DNA of 64,000 nt from NCBI RefSeq assembly GCF_009914755.1, contig NC_060929.1; one strand, written 5' to 3'. The notes beneath the pieces were generated by a model. That model was not told where the DNA came from and ran no database searches. It was given only the letters and a program-made list of their open reading frames with translations. Origin of the DNA: the human T2T-CHM13v2.0 reference genome, Homo sapiens. Positions 26,401 to 41,400 of the stretch are shown here, in pieces; position 1 is the first letter of the stretch; every line of letters starts with the position of its first letter. A program made the translations under genes and the position numbers.

Positions 26401-29400
26401 TTGTGTGTGTTCAACTCACAGAGTTGAACTTTCATTTACACAGAGCAGATTTGAAACACTCTTTTTGTGGAATTTGCAAGTGGAGATTTCAAGCGCTTTG
26501 AGGCCAAAGGCAGAAAAGGAAATATCTTCGTATAAAAACTAGACAGAATCATTCTCAGAAACTGCTCTGTGATGTGTGCGTTCAACTCTCAGAGTTTAAC
26601 TTTTCTCTTCATTCAGCAGTTTGGAAACACTCTGTTTGTAAAGTCTGCACGTGGATAATTTGACCACTTAGAGGCCTTCGTTGGAAACGGGTTTTTTTCA
26701 TGTAAGGCTAGACAGAAGAGTTCTCTGTAACTTCCTTGTGTTGTGTGTATTCAACTCACACAGTTGAACGATCCTTTACAGAGAGCAGACTTGTAACACT
26801 CTTTTTGTGGAATTTGCAAGTGGAGATTTCAGCCGCTTTGAAGTCAAAGTAGAAAAGGAAATATCTTCCTATAAAAACTAGACAGAATGATTCTCAGAAA
26901 CTCCTTTGTGATGTGTGCGTTCAACTCAAAGAGTTTAACCTTTCTTTTCATAGAGCAGTTAGGAAACACTCTGTTTGTAAAGTCTGCAAGTGGATATTCA
27001 GACCTCTTTGAGGCCTTCGTTGGAAACGGGTTTTTTTCATATAAGGCTAGACAGAAGAATTCCCAGTAACTTCCTTGTGTTGTGTGTGTTCAACTCACAG
27101 AGTTGAACTTTCATTTACACAGAGCAGATTTGAAACACTCTTTTTGTGGAATTTGCAGGTGGAGATTTCAAGCGCTTTGAGGCCAAAGGCAGAAAAGGAA
27201 ATATCTTCGTATAAAAACTAGACAGAATCATTCTCAGAAACTGCTCTGCGATGTGTGCGTTCAACTCTCAGAGTTTAACTTTTCTTTTCATTCAGCAGTT
27301 TGGAAACACTCTGTTTGTAAAGTCTGCACGTGGATAATTTGACCACTTAGAGGCCTTCGTTGGAAACGGGTTTTTTTCATGTAAGGCTAGACAGAAGAAT
27401 TCTCAGTAACTTCCTTGTGTTGTGTGTATTCAACTCACAGAGTTGAACGATCCTTTACACAGAGCAGACTTGTAACACTCTTTTTGTGGAATTTGCAAGT
27501 GGAGATTTCAGCCGCTTTGAAGTCAAAGGTAGAAAAGGAAATATCTTCCTATAAAAACTAGACAGAATGATTCTCAGAAACTCCTTTGTGATGTGTGCGT
27601 TCAACTCACAGAGTTTAACCTTTCTTTTCATAGAGCAGTTAGGAATCACTCTGCTTGTAAAGTCTGCAAGTGGATATTCAGCCCTCTTTGAGGCCTTCGT
27701 TGGAAACGGGTTTTTTTCATATAAGGCTAGACAGAAGAATTCCCAGTAACTTCCTTGTGTTGTGTGTGTTCAACTCACAGAGTTGAACTTTCATTTACAC
27801 AGAGCAGATTTGAAACACTCTTTTTGTGGAATTTGAAAGTGGAGATTTCAAGCGCTTTGAGGCCAAAGGCAGAAAAGGAAATATCTTCGTATAAAAACTA
27901 GACAGAATCATTCTCAGAAACTGCTCTGCGATGTGTGCGTTCAACTCTCAGAGTTTAACTTTTCTTTTCATTCAGCAGTTTGGAAACACTCTGTTTGTAA
28001 AGTCTGCACGTGGATATTTTGACCACTTAGAGGCCTTCGTTGGAAACGGGTTTTTTTCCTGTAAGGCTAGACAGAAGAATTCCCAGTAACTTCCTTGTGT
28101 TGTGTACATTCAACTCACAGAGTTGAACGTTCCCTTAGACAGAGCAGATTTGAAACACTCTTTTTGTGCAATTGGCAAGTGGAGATTACAAGCGCTTTAA
28201 GGTCAATGGCAGAAAAGGAAATATCTGCGTTTCAAAACTAGAGAGAATCATTCCCAAAAACTGCGTTGTGATGTGTGCGTTCAACTCACAGAGTTTAACC
28301 TTTCTTTTCATAGAGCAGTTAGGAAACACTCTGTTTGTAAACTCTGCAAGTGGATATTCAGACCTCTTTGAGGCCTTCGTTGGAAACGGGATTTCTTCAT
28401 ACTGTGCTAGACAGAAGAATTCTCAGTAACTTCCTTGTGTTGTGTGTATTCAACTCACAGAGTTGACCGATCCTTTACACAGAGCAGACTTGTAACACTC
28501 TTTTTGTGGAATTTGCAAGTGGAGATTTCAGCCGCTTTGAAGTCAAAGGTAGAAAAGGGAATATCTTCCTATAAAAACTAGACAGAATGATTCTCAGAAA
28601 CTCCTTTGTCATGTGTGCGTTCAACTCACAGAGTTTAACCTTTCTTTTCATAGAGCAGTTAGGAAACACTCTGTTTCTAAAGTCTGCAAGTGGATATTCA
28701 GACCTCTTTGAGGCCTTCGTTGGAAACGGGTTTTTTTCATATAAGGCTAGAGGGAAGAATTCCCACTAACTTCCTTGTGTTGTGTGTGTTCAACTCACAG
28801 AGTTGAACTTTCATTTACACAGAGCAGATTTGAAACACTCTTTTTGTGGAATTTGCAAGTGGAGATTTCAAGCGCTGTGAGGCCAAAGGCAGAAAAGGAA
28901 ATATCTTCGTATAAAAACTAGACAGAATCATTCTCAGAAACTGCTCTGCGATGTGTGCGTTCAACTCTCAGAGTTTAACTTTTCTTTTCATTCAGCAGTT
29001 TGGAAACACTCTGTTTGTAAAGTCTGCACGTGGATAATTTGACCACTTAGAGGCCTTCGTTGGAAACGGGTTTTTTTCATGTAAGGCTAGACAGAAGAAT
29101 TCTCAGTAACTTCCTTGTGTTGTGTGTATTCAACTCACAGAGTTGAACGATCCTTTACACAGAGCAGACTTGTAACACTCTTTTTGTGGAATTTGCAAGT
29201 GGAGATTTCAGCCGCTTTGAAGTCAAAGGTAGAAAAGGAAATATCTTCCTATAAAAACTAGACAGAAAGATTCTCAGAAACTCCTTTGTGATGTGTGCGT
29301 TCAACTCACAGAGTTTAACCTTTCTTTTCATAGAGCAGTTAGGAAACACTCTGTTTGTAAAGTCTGCAAGTGGATATTCAGACCTCTTTGAGGCCTTCGT

Positions 29401-32400
29401 TGGAAACGGGTTTTTTTCATATAAGGCTAGACAGAAGAATTCCCAGTAACTTCCTTGTGTTGTGTGTGTTCAACTCACAGAGTTGAACTTTCATTTACAC
29501 AGAGCAGATTTGAAACACTCTTTTTGTGGAATTTGCAAGTGGAGATTTCAAGCGCTTTGAGGCCAAAGGCAGAAAAGGAAATATCTTCGTATAAAAACTA
29601 GACAGAATCATTCTCAGAAACTGCTCTGTGATGTGTGCGTTCAACTCTCAGAGTTTAACTTTTCTTTTCATTCAGCAGTTTGGAAACACTCTGTTTGTAA
29701 AGTCTGCACGTGGATAATTTGACCACTTAGAGGCCTTCGTTGGAAACGGGTTTTTTTCATGTAAGGCTAGACAGAAGAGTTCTCAGTAACTTCCTTGTGT
29801 TGTGTGTATTCAACTCACACAGTTGAACGATCCTTTACAGAGAGCGGACTTGTAACACTCTTTTTGTGGAATTTGCAAGTGGAGATTTCAGCCGCTTTGA
29901 AGTCAAAGGTAGAAAAGGGAATATCTTCCTATAAAAACTAGACAGAATGATTCTCAGAAACTCCTTTGTCATGTGTGCGTTCAACTCACAGAGTTTAACC
30001 TTTCTTTTCATAGAGCAGTTAGGAAACACTCTGTTTCTAAAGTCTGCAAGTGGATATTCAGACCTCTTTGAGGCCTTCGTTGGAAACGGGTTTTTTTCAT
30101 ATAAGGCTAGAGAGAAGAATTCCCAGTAACTTCCTTGTGTTGTGTGTGTTCAACTCACAGAGTTGAACTTTCATTTACACAGAGCAGATTTGAAACACTC
30201 TTTTTGTGGAATTTGCAAGTGGAGATTTCAAGCGCTGTGAGGCCAAAGGCAGAAAAGGAAATATCTTCGTATAAAAACTAGACAGAATCATTCTCAGAAA
30301 CTGCTCTGCGATGTGTGCGTTCAACTCTCAGAGTTTAACTTTGCTTTTCATTCAGCAGTTTGGAAACACTCTGTTTGTAAAGTCTGCACGTGGATAATTT
30401 GACCACTTAGAGGCCTTCGTTGGAAACGGGTTTTTTTCATGTAAGGCGAGACAGAAGAATTCTCAGTAACTTCCTTGTGTTGTGTGTATTCAACTCACAC
30501 AGTTGAACGATCCTTTACACAGAGCAGACTTGTAACACTCTTTTTGTGGAATTTGCAAGTGGAGATTTCAGCCGCTTTGAAGTCAAAGGTAGAAAAGGAA
30601 ATATCTTCCTATAAAAACTAGACAGAAAGATTCTCAGAAACTCCTTTGTGATGTGTGCGTTCAACTCACAGAGTTTAACCTTTCTTTTCATAGAGCAGTT
30701 AGGAAACACTCTGTTTGTAAACTCTGCAAGTGGATATTCAGACCTCTTTGAGGCCTTCGTTGGAAACGGGTTTTTTTCATATAAGGCTAGACAGAAGAAT
30801 TCCCAGTAACTTCCTTGTGTTGTGTGTGTTCAACTCACAGAGTTGAACTTTCATTTACACAGAGCAGATTTGAAACACTCTTTTTGTGGAATTTGCAAGT
30901 GGAGATTTCAAGCGCTTTGAGGCCAAAGGCAGAAAAGGAAATATCTTCGTATAAAAACTAGACAGAATCATTCTCAGAAACTGCTCTGCGATGTGTGCGT
31001 TCAACTCTCAGAGTTTAACTTTTCTTTTCATTCAGCAGTTTGGAAACACTCTGTTTGTAAAGTCTGCACGTGGATAATTTGACCACTTAGAGGCCTTCGT
31101 TGGAAACGGGTTTTTTTCATGTAAGGCTAGACAGAAGAGTTCTCAGTAACTTCCTTGTGTTGTGTGTACTCAACTCACACAGTTGAACGATCCTTTACAG
31201 AGAGCAGACTTGTAACACTCTTTTTGTGGAATTTGCAAGTGGAGATTTCAGCCGCTTTGAAGTCAAAGTAGAAAAGGAAATATCTTCCTATAAAAACTAG
31301 ACAGAATGATTCTCAGAAACTCCTTTGTGATGTGTGCGTTCAACTCACAGAGTTTAACCTTTCTTTTCATAGAGCAGTTAGGAAACACTCTGCTTGTAAA
31401 GTCTACAAGTGGATATTCAGCCCTCTTTGAGGCCTTCGTTGGAAACGGGTTTTTTTCATATAAGGCTAGACAGAAGAATTCCCAGTAACTTCCTTGTGTT
31501 GTGTGTGTTCAACTCACAGAGTTGAACTTTGATTTACACAGAGCAGATTTGAAACACTCTTTTTGTGGAATTTGCAAGTGGAGATTTCAAGCGCTTTGAG
31601 GCCAAAGGCAGAAAAGGAAATATCTTCGTATAAAAACTAGACAGAATCATTCTCAGAAACTGCTCTGCGATGTGTGCGTTCAACTCTCAGAGTTTAACTT
31701 TTCTTTTCATTCAGCAGTTTGGAAACACTCTGTTTGTAAAGTCTGCACGTGGATATTTTGACCACTTAGAGGCCTTCGTTGGAAACGGGTTTTTTTCCTG
31801 TAAGGCTAGACAGAAGAATTCCCAGTAACTTCCTTGTGTTGTGTACATTCAACTCACAGAGTTGAACGTTCCCTTAGACAGAGCAGATTTGAAACACTCT
31901 TTTTGTGCAATTGGCAAGTGGAGATTTCAAGCGCTTTAAGGTCAATGGCAGAAAAGGAAATATCTTCGTTTCAAAACTAGACAGAATCATTCCCACAAAC
32001 TGCGTTGTGATGTGTTCGTTCATCTCACAGAGTTTAACCTTTCTTTTCATAGAGCAGTTAGGAAACACTCTGTTTGTAAATTCTGTAAGTGGATATTCTG
32101 ACATCTTGTGGCCTTCGTTGGAAACGGGATTTCTTCATATTCTGCTAGACAGAAGAATTCTCAGAATCTTCCTTGTGTTGTGTGTATTCAACTCACACAG
32201 TTGAACGATGGTTTACACAGAGCAGATTTGAAACACTCTTTTTGTGGAATTTGCAAGTGGAGATTTCAGCCGCTTTGAGGTCAATGGTAGAAAAGGAAAT
32301 ATCTTCGTATAAAAACTAGACAGAATGATTCTCAGAAACTTCTTTGTGATGTGTGCGTTCAACTCACAGAGTTTAACCTTTCTTTTCATAGAGCAGTTAG

Positions 32401-35400
32401 GAAACACTCTGTTTGTAAACTCTGCAAGTGGATATTCAGACCTCTTTGAGGCCTTCGTTGGAAACGGGATTTCTTCATACTGTGCTAGACAGAAGAATTC
32501 TCAGTAACTTCCTTGTGTTGTGTGTATTCAACTCACAGAGTTGAACGATCCTTTACACAGAGCAGACTTGAAACACTCTTTTTGTGGAATTTGCAAGTGG
32601 AGATTTCAGCCGCGTTGAGGTCAATGGTAGAAAAGGAAATATCTTCGTATAAAAACTAGACAGAATGATTCTCAGAAACTCCTTTGAGATGTGTGTGTTC
32701 AACTCACAGAGTTTAACCTTTCTTTTCATAGAGCAGTTAGGAATCACTCTGTTTGTAAAGTCTGCAAGTGGATATTCAGACCTCTTTGAGGCCTTCGTTG
32801 GAAACGGGTTTTTTTCATATAAGGCTAGACAGAAGAATTCCCAGTAACTTCCTTGTGTTGTGTGTGTTCAACTCACAGAGTTGAACTTTCATTTACACAG
32901 AGCAGATTTGAAACACTCTTTTTGTGGAATTTGCAAATGGAGATTTCAAGCGCTTTGAGGCCAAAGGCAGAAAAGGAAATATCTTCGTATAAAAACTAGA
33001 CAGAATCATTCTCAGAAACTGCTCTGCGATGTGTGCGTTCAACTCTCAGAGTTTAACTTTTCTTTTCATTCAGCAGTTTGGAAACACTCTGTTTGTAAAG
33101 TCTGCACGTGGATATTTTGACCACTTAGAGGCCTTCGTTGGAAACGGGTTTTTTTCCTGTAAGGCTAGACAGAAGAATTCCCAGTAACTTCCTTGTGTTG
33201 TGTACATTCAACTCACAGAGTTGAACGTTCCCTTAGACAGAGCAGATTTGAAACACTCTTTTTGTGCAATTGGCAAGTGGAGATTTCAAGAGCTTTAAGG
33301 TCAATGGCAGAAAAGGAAATATCTTCGTTTCAAAACTAGACAGAATCATTCCCACAAACTGCGTTGTGATGTGTTCGTTCATCTCACAGAGTTTAACCTT
33401 TCTTTTCATAGAGCAGTTAGGAAACACTCTGTTTGTAAATTCTGTAAGTGGATATTCTGACATCTTGTGGCCTTCGTTGGAAACGGGATTTCTTCATATT
33501 CTGCTAGACAGAAGAATTCTCAGAATCTTCCTTGTGTTGTGTGTATTCAACTCACACAGTTGAACGATGGTTTACACAGAGCAGATTTGAAACACTCTTT
33601 TTGTGGAATTTGCAAGTGGAGATTTCAGCCGCTTTGAGGTCAATGGTAGAAAAGGAAATATCTTCGTATAAAAACTAGACAGAATGATTCTCAGAAACTT
33701 CTTTGTGATGTGTGCGTTCAACTCACAGAGTTTAACCTTTCTTTTCATAGAGCAGTTAGGAAACACTCTGTTTGTAAACTCTGCAAGTGGATATTCAGAC
33801 CTCTTTGAGGCCTTCGTTGGAAACGGGATTTCTTCATACTGTGCTAGACAGAAGAATTCTCAGTAACTTCCTTGTGTTGTGTGTATTCAACTCACAGAGT
33901 TGAACGATCCTTTACACAGAGCAGACTTGAAACACTCTTTTTGTGGAATTTGCAAGTGGAGATTTCAGCCGCGTTGAGGTCAATGGTAGAAAAGGAAATA
34001 TCTTCGTATAAAAACTAGACAGAATGATTCTCAGAAACTCCTTTGAGATGTGTGTGTTCAACTCACAGAGTTTAACCTTTCTTTTCATAGAGCAGTTAGG
34101 AATCACTCTGTTTGTAAAGTCTGCAAGTGGATATTCAGACCTCTTTGAGGCCTTCGTTGGAAACGGGTTTTTTTCATATAAGGCTAGACAGAAGAATTCC
34201 CAGTAACTTCCTTGTGTTGTGTGTGTTCAACTCACAGAGTTGAACTTTCATTTACACAGAGCAGATTTGAAACACTCTTTTTGTGGAATTTGCAAATGGA
34301 GATTTCAAGCGCTTTGAGGCCAAAGGCAGAAAAGGAAATATCTTCGTATAAAAACTAGACAGAATCATTCTCAGAAACTGCTCTGCGATGTGTGCGTTCA
34401 ACTCTCAGAGTTTAACTTTTCTTTTCATTCAGCAGTTTGGAAACACTCTGTTTGTAAAGTCTGCACGTGGATAATTTGACCACTTAGAGGCCTTCGTTGG
34501 AAACGGGTTTTTTTCATGTAAGGCTAGACAGAAGAATTCTCAGTAACTTCCTTGTGTTGTGTGTATTCAACTCACAGAGTTGAACGATCCTTTACACAGA
34601 GCAGACTTGTAACACTCTTTTTGTGGAATTTGCAAGTGGAGATTTCAGCCGCTTTGAAGTCAAAGGTAGAAAAGGAAATATCTTCCTATAAAAACTAGAC
34701 AGAATGATTCTCAGAAACTCCTTTGTGATGTGTGCGTTCAACTCACAGAGTTTAACCTTTCTTTTCATAGAGCAGTTAGGAAACACTCTGCTTGTAAAGT
34801 CTGCAAGTGGATATTCAGCCCTCTTTGAGGCCTTCGTTGGAAACGGGTTTTTTTCATATAAGGCTAGACAGAAGAATTCCCAGTAACTTCCTTGTGTTGT
34901 GTGTGTTCAACTCACAGAGTTGAACTTTCATTTACACAGAGCAGATTTCAAACACTCTTTTTGTGGAATTTGCAAGTGGAGATTTCAAGCGCTTTGAGGC
35001 CAAAGGCAGAAAAGGAAATATCTTCGTATAAAAACTAGACAGAATCATTCTCAGAAACTGCTCTGCGATGTGTGCGTTCAACTCTCAGAGTTTAACTTTT
35101 CTTTTCATTCAGCAGTTTGGAAACACTCTGTTTGTAAAGTCTGCACGTGGATAATTTGACCACTTAGAGGCCTTCGTTGGAAACGGGTTTTTTTCATGTA
35201 AGGCTAGACAGAAGAATTCTCAGTAACTTCCTTGTGTTGTGTGTATTCAACTCACACAGTTGAACGATCCTTTACACAGAGCAGACTTGTAACACTCTTT
35301 TTGTGGAATTTGCAAGTGGAGATTTCAGCCGCTTTGAAGTCAAAGGTAGAAAAGGAAATATCTTCCTATAAAAACTAGACAGAAAGATTCTCAGAAACTC

Positions 35401-38400
35401 CTTTGTGATGTGTGCGTTCAACTCACAGAGTTTAACCTTTCTTTTCATAGAGCAGTTAGGAAACACTCTGTTTGTAAAGTCTGCAAGTGGATATTCAGAC
35501 CTCTTTGAGGCCTTCGTTGGAAACGGGATTTCTTCATACTGTGCTAGACAGAAGAATTCTCAGTAACTTCCTTGTGTTGTGTGTATTCAACTCACAGAGT
35601 TGAACGATCCTTTACACAGAGCAGACTTGAAACACTCTTTTTGTGGAATTTGCAAGTGGAGATTTCAGCCGCGTTGAGGTCAATGGTAGAAAAGGAAATA
35701 TCTTCGTATAAAAACTAGACAGAATGATTCTCAGAAACTCCTTTGAGATGTGTGTGTTCAACTCACAGAGTTTAACCTTTCTTTTCATAGAGCAGTTAGG
35801 AATCACTCTGTTTGTAAAGTCTGCAAGTGGATATTCAGACCTCTTTGAGGCCTTCGTTGGAAACGGGTTTTTTTCATATAAGGCTAGACAGAAGAATTCC
35901 CAGTAACTTCCTTGTGTTGTGTGTGTTCAACTCACAGAGTTGAACTTTCATTTACACAGAGCAGATTTGAAACACTCTTTTTGTGGAATTTGCAAATGGA
36001 GATTTCAAGCGCTTTGAGGCCAAAGGCAGAAAAGGAAATATCTTCGTATAAAAACTAGACAGAATCATTCTCAGAAACTGCTCTGCGATGTGTGCGTTCA
36101 ACTCTCAGAGTTTAACTTTTCTTTTCATTCAGCAGTTTGGAAACACTCTGTTTGTAAAGTCTGCACGTGGATAATTTGACCACTTAGAGGCCTTCGTTGG
36201 AAACGGGTTTTTTTCATGTAAGGCTAGACAGAAGAATTCTCAGTAACTTCCTTGTGTTGTGTGTATTCAACTCACAGAGTTGAACGATCCTTTACACAGA
36301 GCAGACTTGTAACACTCTTTTTGTGGAATTTGCAAGTGGAGATTTCAGCCGCTTTGAAGTCAAAGGTAGAAAAGGAAATATCTTCCTATAAAAACTAGAC
36401 AGAATGATTCTCAGAAACTCCTTTGTGATGTGTGCGTTCAACTCACAGAGTTTAACCTTTCTTTTCATAGAGCAGTTAGGAAACACTCTGCTTGTAAAGT
36501 CTGCAAGTGGATATTCAGCCCTCTTTGAGGCCTTCGTTGGAAACGGGTTTTTTTCATATAAGGCTAGACAGAAGAATTCCCAGTAACTTCCTTGTGTTGT
36601 GTGTGTTCAACTCACAGAGTTGAACTTTCATTTACACAGAGCAGATTTCAAACACTCTTTTTGTGGAATTTGCAAGTGGAGATTTCAAGCGCTTTGAGGC
36701 CAAAGGCAGAAAAGGAAATATCTTCGTATAAAAACTAGACAGAATCATTCTCAGAAACTGCTCTGCGATGTGTGCGTTCAACTCTCAGAGTTTAACTTTT
36801 CTTTTCATTCAGCAGTTTGGAAACACTCTGTTTGTAAAGTCTGCACGTGGATAATTTGACCACTTAGAGGCCTTCGTTGGAAACGGGTTTTTTTCATGTA
36901 AGGCTAGACAGAAGAATTCTCAGTAACTTCCTTGTGTTGTGTGTATTCAACTCACACAGTTGAACGATCCTTTACACAGAGCAGACTTGTAACACTCTTT
37001 TTGTGGAATTTGCAAGTGGAGATTTCAGCCGCTTTGAAGTCAAAGGTAGAAAAGGAAATATCTTCCTATAAAAACTAGACAGAAAGATTCTCAGAAACTC
37101 CTTTGTGATGTGTGCGTTCAACTCACAGAGTTTAACCTTTCTTTTCATAGAGCAGTTAGGAAACACTCTGTTTGTAAAGTCTGCAAGTGGATATTCAGAC
37201 CTCTTTGAGGCCTTCGTTGGAAACGGGTTTTTTTCATATAAGGCTAGACAGAAGAATTCCCAGTAACTTCCTTGTGTTGTGTGTGTTCAACTCACAGAGT
37301 TGAACTTTCATTTACACAGAGCAGATTTGAAACACTCTTTTTGTGGAATTTGCAAGTGGAGATTTCAAGCGCTTTGAGGCCAAAGGCAGAAAAGGAAATA
37401 TCTTCGTATAAAAACTAGACAGAATCATTCTCAGAAACTGCTCTGTGATGTGTGCGTTCAACTCTCAGAGTTTAACTTTTCTCTTCATTCAGCAGTTTGG
37501 AAACACTCTGTTTGTAAAGTCTGCACGTGGATAATTTGACCACTTAGAGGCCTTCGTTGGAAACGGGTTTTTTTCATGTAAGGCTAGACAGAAGAGTTCT
37601 CTGTAACTTCCTTGTGTTGTGTGTATTCAACTCACACAGTTGAACGATCCTTTACAGAGAGCAGACTTGTAACACTCTTTTTGTGGAATTTGCAAGTGGA
37701 GATTTCAGCCGCTTTGAAGTCAAAGTAGAAAAGGAAATATCTTCCTATAAAAACTAGACAGAATGATTCTCAGAAACTCCTTTGTGATGTGTGCGTTCAA
37801 CTCAAAGAGTTTAACCTTTCTTTTCATAGAGCAGTTAGGAAACACTCTGTTTGTAAAGTCTGCAAGTGGATATTCAGACCTCTTTGAGGCCTTCGTTGGA
37901 AACGGGTTTTTTTCATATAAGGCTAGACAGAAGAATTCCCAGTAACTTCCTTGTGTTGTGTGTGTTCAACTCACAGAGTTGAACTTTCATTTACACAGAG
38001 CAGATTTGAAACACTCTTTTTGTGGAATTTGCAGGTGGAGATTTCAAGCGCTTTGAGGCCAAAGGCAGAAAAGGAAATATCTTCGTATAAAAACTAGACA
38101 GAATCATTCTCAGAAACTGCTCTGCGATGTGTGCGTTCAACTCTCAGAGTTTAACTTTTCTTTTCATTCAGCAGTTTGGAAACACTCTGTTTGTAAAGTC
38201 TGCACGTGGATAATTTGAACACTTAGAGGCCTTCGTTGGAAACGGGTTTTTTTCATGTAAGGCTAGACAGAAGAATTCTCAGTAACTTCCTTGTGTTGTG
38301 TGTATTCAACTCACAGAGTTGAACGATCCTTTACACAGAGCAGACTTGTAACACTCTTTTTGTGGAATTTGCAAGTGGAGATTTCAGCCGCTTTGAAGTC

Positions 38401-41400
38401 AAAGGTAGAAAAGGAAATATCTTCCTATAAAAACTAGACAGAATGATTCTCAGAAACTCCTTTGTGATGTGTGCGTTCAACTCACAGAGTTTAACCTTTC
38501 TTTTCATAGAGCAGTTAGGAATCACTCTGCTTGTAAAGTCTGCAAGTGGATATTCAGCCCTCTTTGAGGCCTTCGTTGGAAACGGGTTTTTTTCATATAA
38601 GGCTAGACAGAAGAATTCCCAGTAACTTCCTTGTGTTGTGTGTGTTCAACTCACAGAGTTGAACTTTCATTTACACAGAGCAGATTTGAAACACTCTTTT
38701 TGTGGAATTTGAAAGTGGAGATTTCAAGCGCTTTGAGGCCAAAGGCAGAAAAGGAAATATCTTCGTATAAAAACTAGACAGAATCATTCTCAGAAACTGC
38801 TCTGCGATGTGTGCGTTCAACTCTCAGAGTTTAACTTTTCTTTTCATTCAGCAGTTTGGAAACACTCTGTTTGTAAAGTCTGCACGTGGATATTTTGACC
38901 ACTTAGAGGCCTTCGTTGGAAACGGGTTTTTTTCCTGTAAGGCTAGACAGAAGAATTCCCAGTAACTTCCTTGTGTTGTGTACATTCAACTCACAGAGTT
39001 GAACGTTCCCTTAGACAGAGCAGATTTGAAACACTCTTTTTGTGCAATTGGCAAGTGGAGATTTCAAGCGCTTTAAGGTCAATGGCAGAAAAGGAAATAT
39101 CTGCGTTTCAAAACTAGAGAGAATCATTCCCAAAAACTGCGTTGTGATGTGTGCGTTCAACTCACAGAGTTTAACCTTTCTTTTCATAGAGCAGTTAGGA
39201 AACACTCTGTTTGTAAACTCTGCAAGTGGATATTCAGACCTCTTTGAGGCCTTCGTTGGAAACGGGATTTCTTCATACTGTGCTAGACAGAAGAATTCTC
39301 AGTAACTTCCTTGTGTTGTGTGTATTCAACTCACAGAGTTGACCGATCCTTTACACAGAGCAGACTTGTAACACTCTTTTTGTGGAATTTGCAAGTGGAG
39401 ATTTCAGCCGCTTTGAAGTCAAAGGTAGAAAAGGGAATATCTTCCTATAAAAACTAGACAGAATGATTCTCAGAAACTCCTTTGTCATGTGTGCGTTCAA
39501 CTCACAGAGTTTAACCTTTCTTTTCATAGAGCAGTTAGGAAACACTCTGTTTCTAAAGTCTGCAAGTGGATATTCAGACCTCTTTGAGGCCTTCGTTGGA
39601 AACGGGTTTTTTTCATATAAGGCTAGAGAGAAGAATTCCCACTAACTTCCTTGTGTTGTGTGTGTTCAACTCACAGAGTTGAACTTTCATTTACACAGAG
39701 CAGATTTGAAACACTCTTTTTGTGGAATTTGCAAGTGGAGATTTCAAGCGCTGTGAGGCCAAAGGCAGAAAAGGAAATATCTTCGTATAAAAACTAGACA
39801 GAATCATTCTCAGAAACTGCTCTGCGATGTGTGCGTTCAACTCTCAGAGTTTAACTTTTCTTTTCATTCAGCAGTTTGGAAACACTCTGTTTGTAAAGTC
39901 TGCACGTGGATAATTTGACCACTTAGAGGCCTTCGTTGGAAACGGGTTTTTTTCATGTAAGGCTAGACAGAAGAATTCTCAGTAACTTCCTTGTGTTGTG
40001 TGTATTCAACTCACAGAGTTGAACGATCCTTTACACAGAGCAGACTTGTAACACTCTTTTTGTGGAATTTGCAAGTGGAGATTTCAGCCGCTTTGAAGTC
40101 AAAGGTAGAAAAGGAAATATCTTCCTATAAAAACTAGACAGAAAGATTCTCAGAAACTCCTTTGTGATGTGTGCGTTCAACTCACAGAGTTTAACCTTTC
40201 TTTTCATAGAGCAGTTAGGAAACACTCTGTTTGTAAAGTCTGCAAGTGGATATTCAGACCTCTTTGAGGCCTTCGTTGGAAACGGGTTTTTTTCATATAA
40301 GGCTAGACAGAAGAATTCCCAGTAACTTCCTTGTGTTGTGTGTGTTCAACTCACAGAGTTGAACTTTCATTTACACAGAGCAGATTTGTAACACTCTTTT
40401 TGTGGAATTTGCAAGTGGAGATTTCAAGCGCTGTGAGGCCAAAGGCAGAAAAGGAAATATCTTCGTATAAAAACTAGACAGAATCATTCTCAGAAACTGC
40501 TCTGCGATGTGTGCGTTCAACTCTCAGAGTTTAACTTTGCTTTTCATTCAGCAGTTTGGAAACACTCTGTTTGTAAAGTCTGCACGTGGATAATTTGACC
40601 ACTTAGAGGCCTTCGTTGGAAACGGGTTTTTTTCATGTAAGGCTAGACAGAAGAATTCTCAGTAACTTCCTTGTGTTGTGTGTATTCAACTCACACAGTT
40701 GAACGATCCTTTACACAGAGCAGACTTGTAACACTCTTTTTGTGGAATTTGCAAGTGGAGATTTCAGCCGCTTTGAAGTCAAAGGTAGAAAAGGAAATAT
40801 CTTCCTATAAAAACTAGACAGAAAGATTCTCAGAAACTCCTTTGTGATGTGTGCGTTCAACTCACAGAGTTTAACCTTTCTTTTCATAGAGCAGTTAGGA
40901 AACACTCTGTTTGTAAAGTCTGCAAGTGGATATTCAGACCTCTTTGAGGCCTTCGTTGGAAACGGGTTTTTTTCATATAAGGCTAGACAGAAGAATTCCC
41001 AGTAACTTCCTTGTGTTGTGTGTGTTCAACTCACAGAGTTGAACTTTCATTTACACAGAGCAGATTTGAAACACTCTTTTTGTGGAATTTGCAAGTGGAG
41101 ATTTCAAGCGCTTTGAGGCCAAAGGCAGAAAAGGAAATATCTTCGTATAAAAACTAGACAGAATCATTCTCAGAAACTGCTCTGCGATGTGTGCGTTCAA
41201 CTCTCAGAGTTTAACTTTGCTTTTCATTCAGCAGTTTGGAAACACTCTGTTTGTAAAGTCTGCACGTGGATAATTTGACCACTTAGAGGCCTTCGTTGGA
41301 AACGGGTTTTTTTCATGTAAGGCGAGACAGAAGAATTCTCAGTAACTTCCTTGTGTTGTGTGTATTCAACTCACACAGTTGAACGATCCTTTACACAGAG

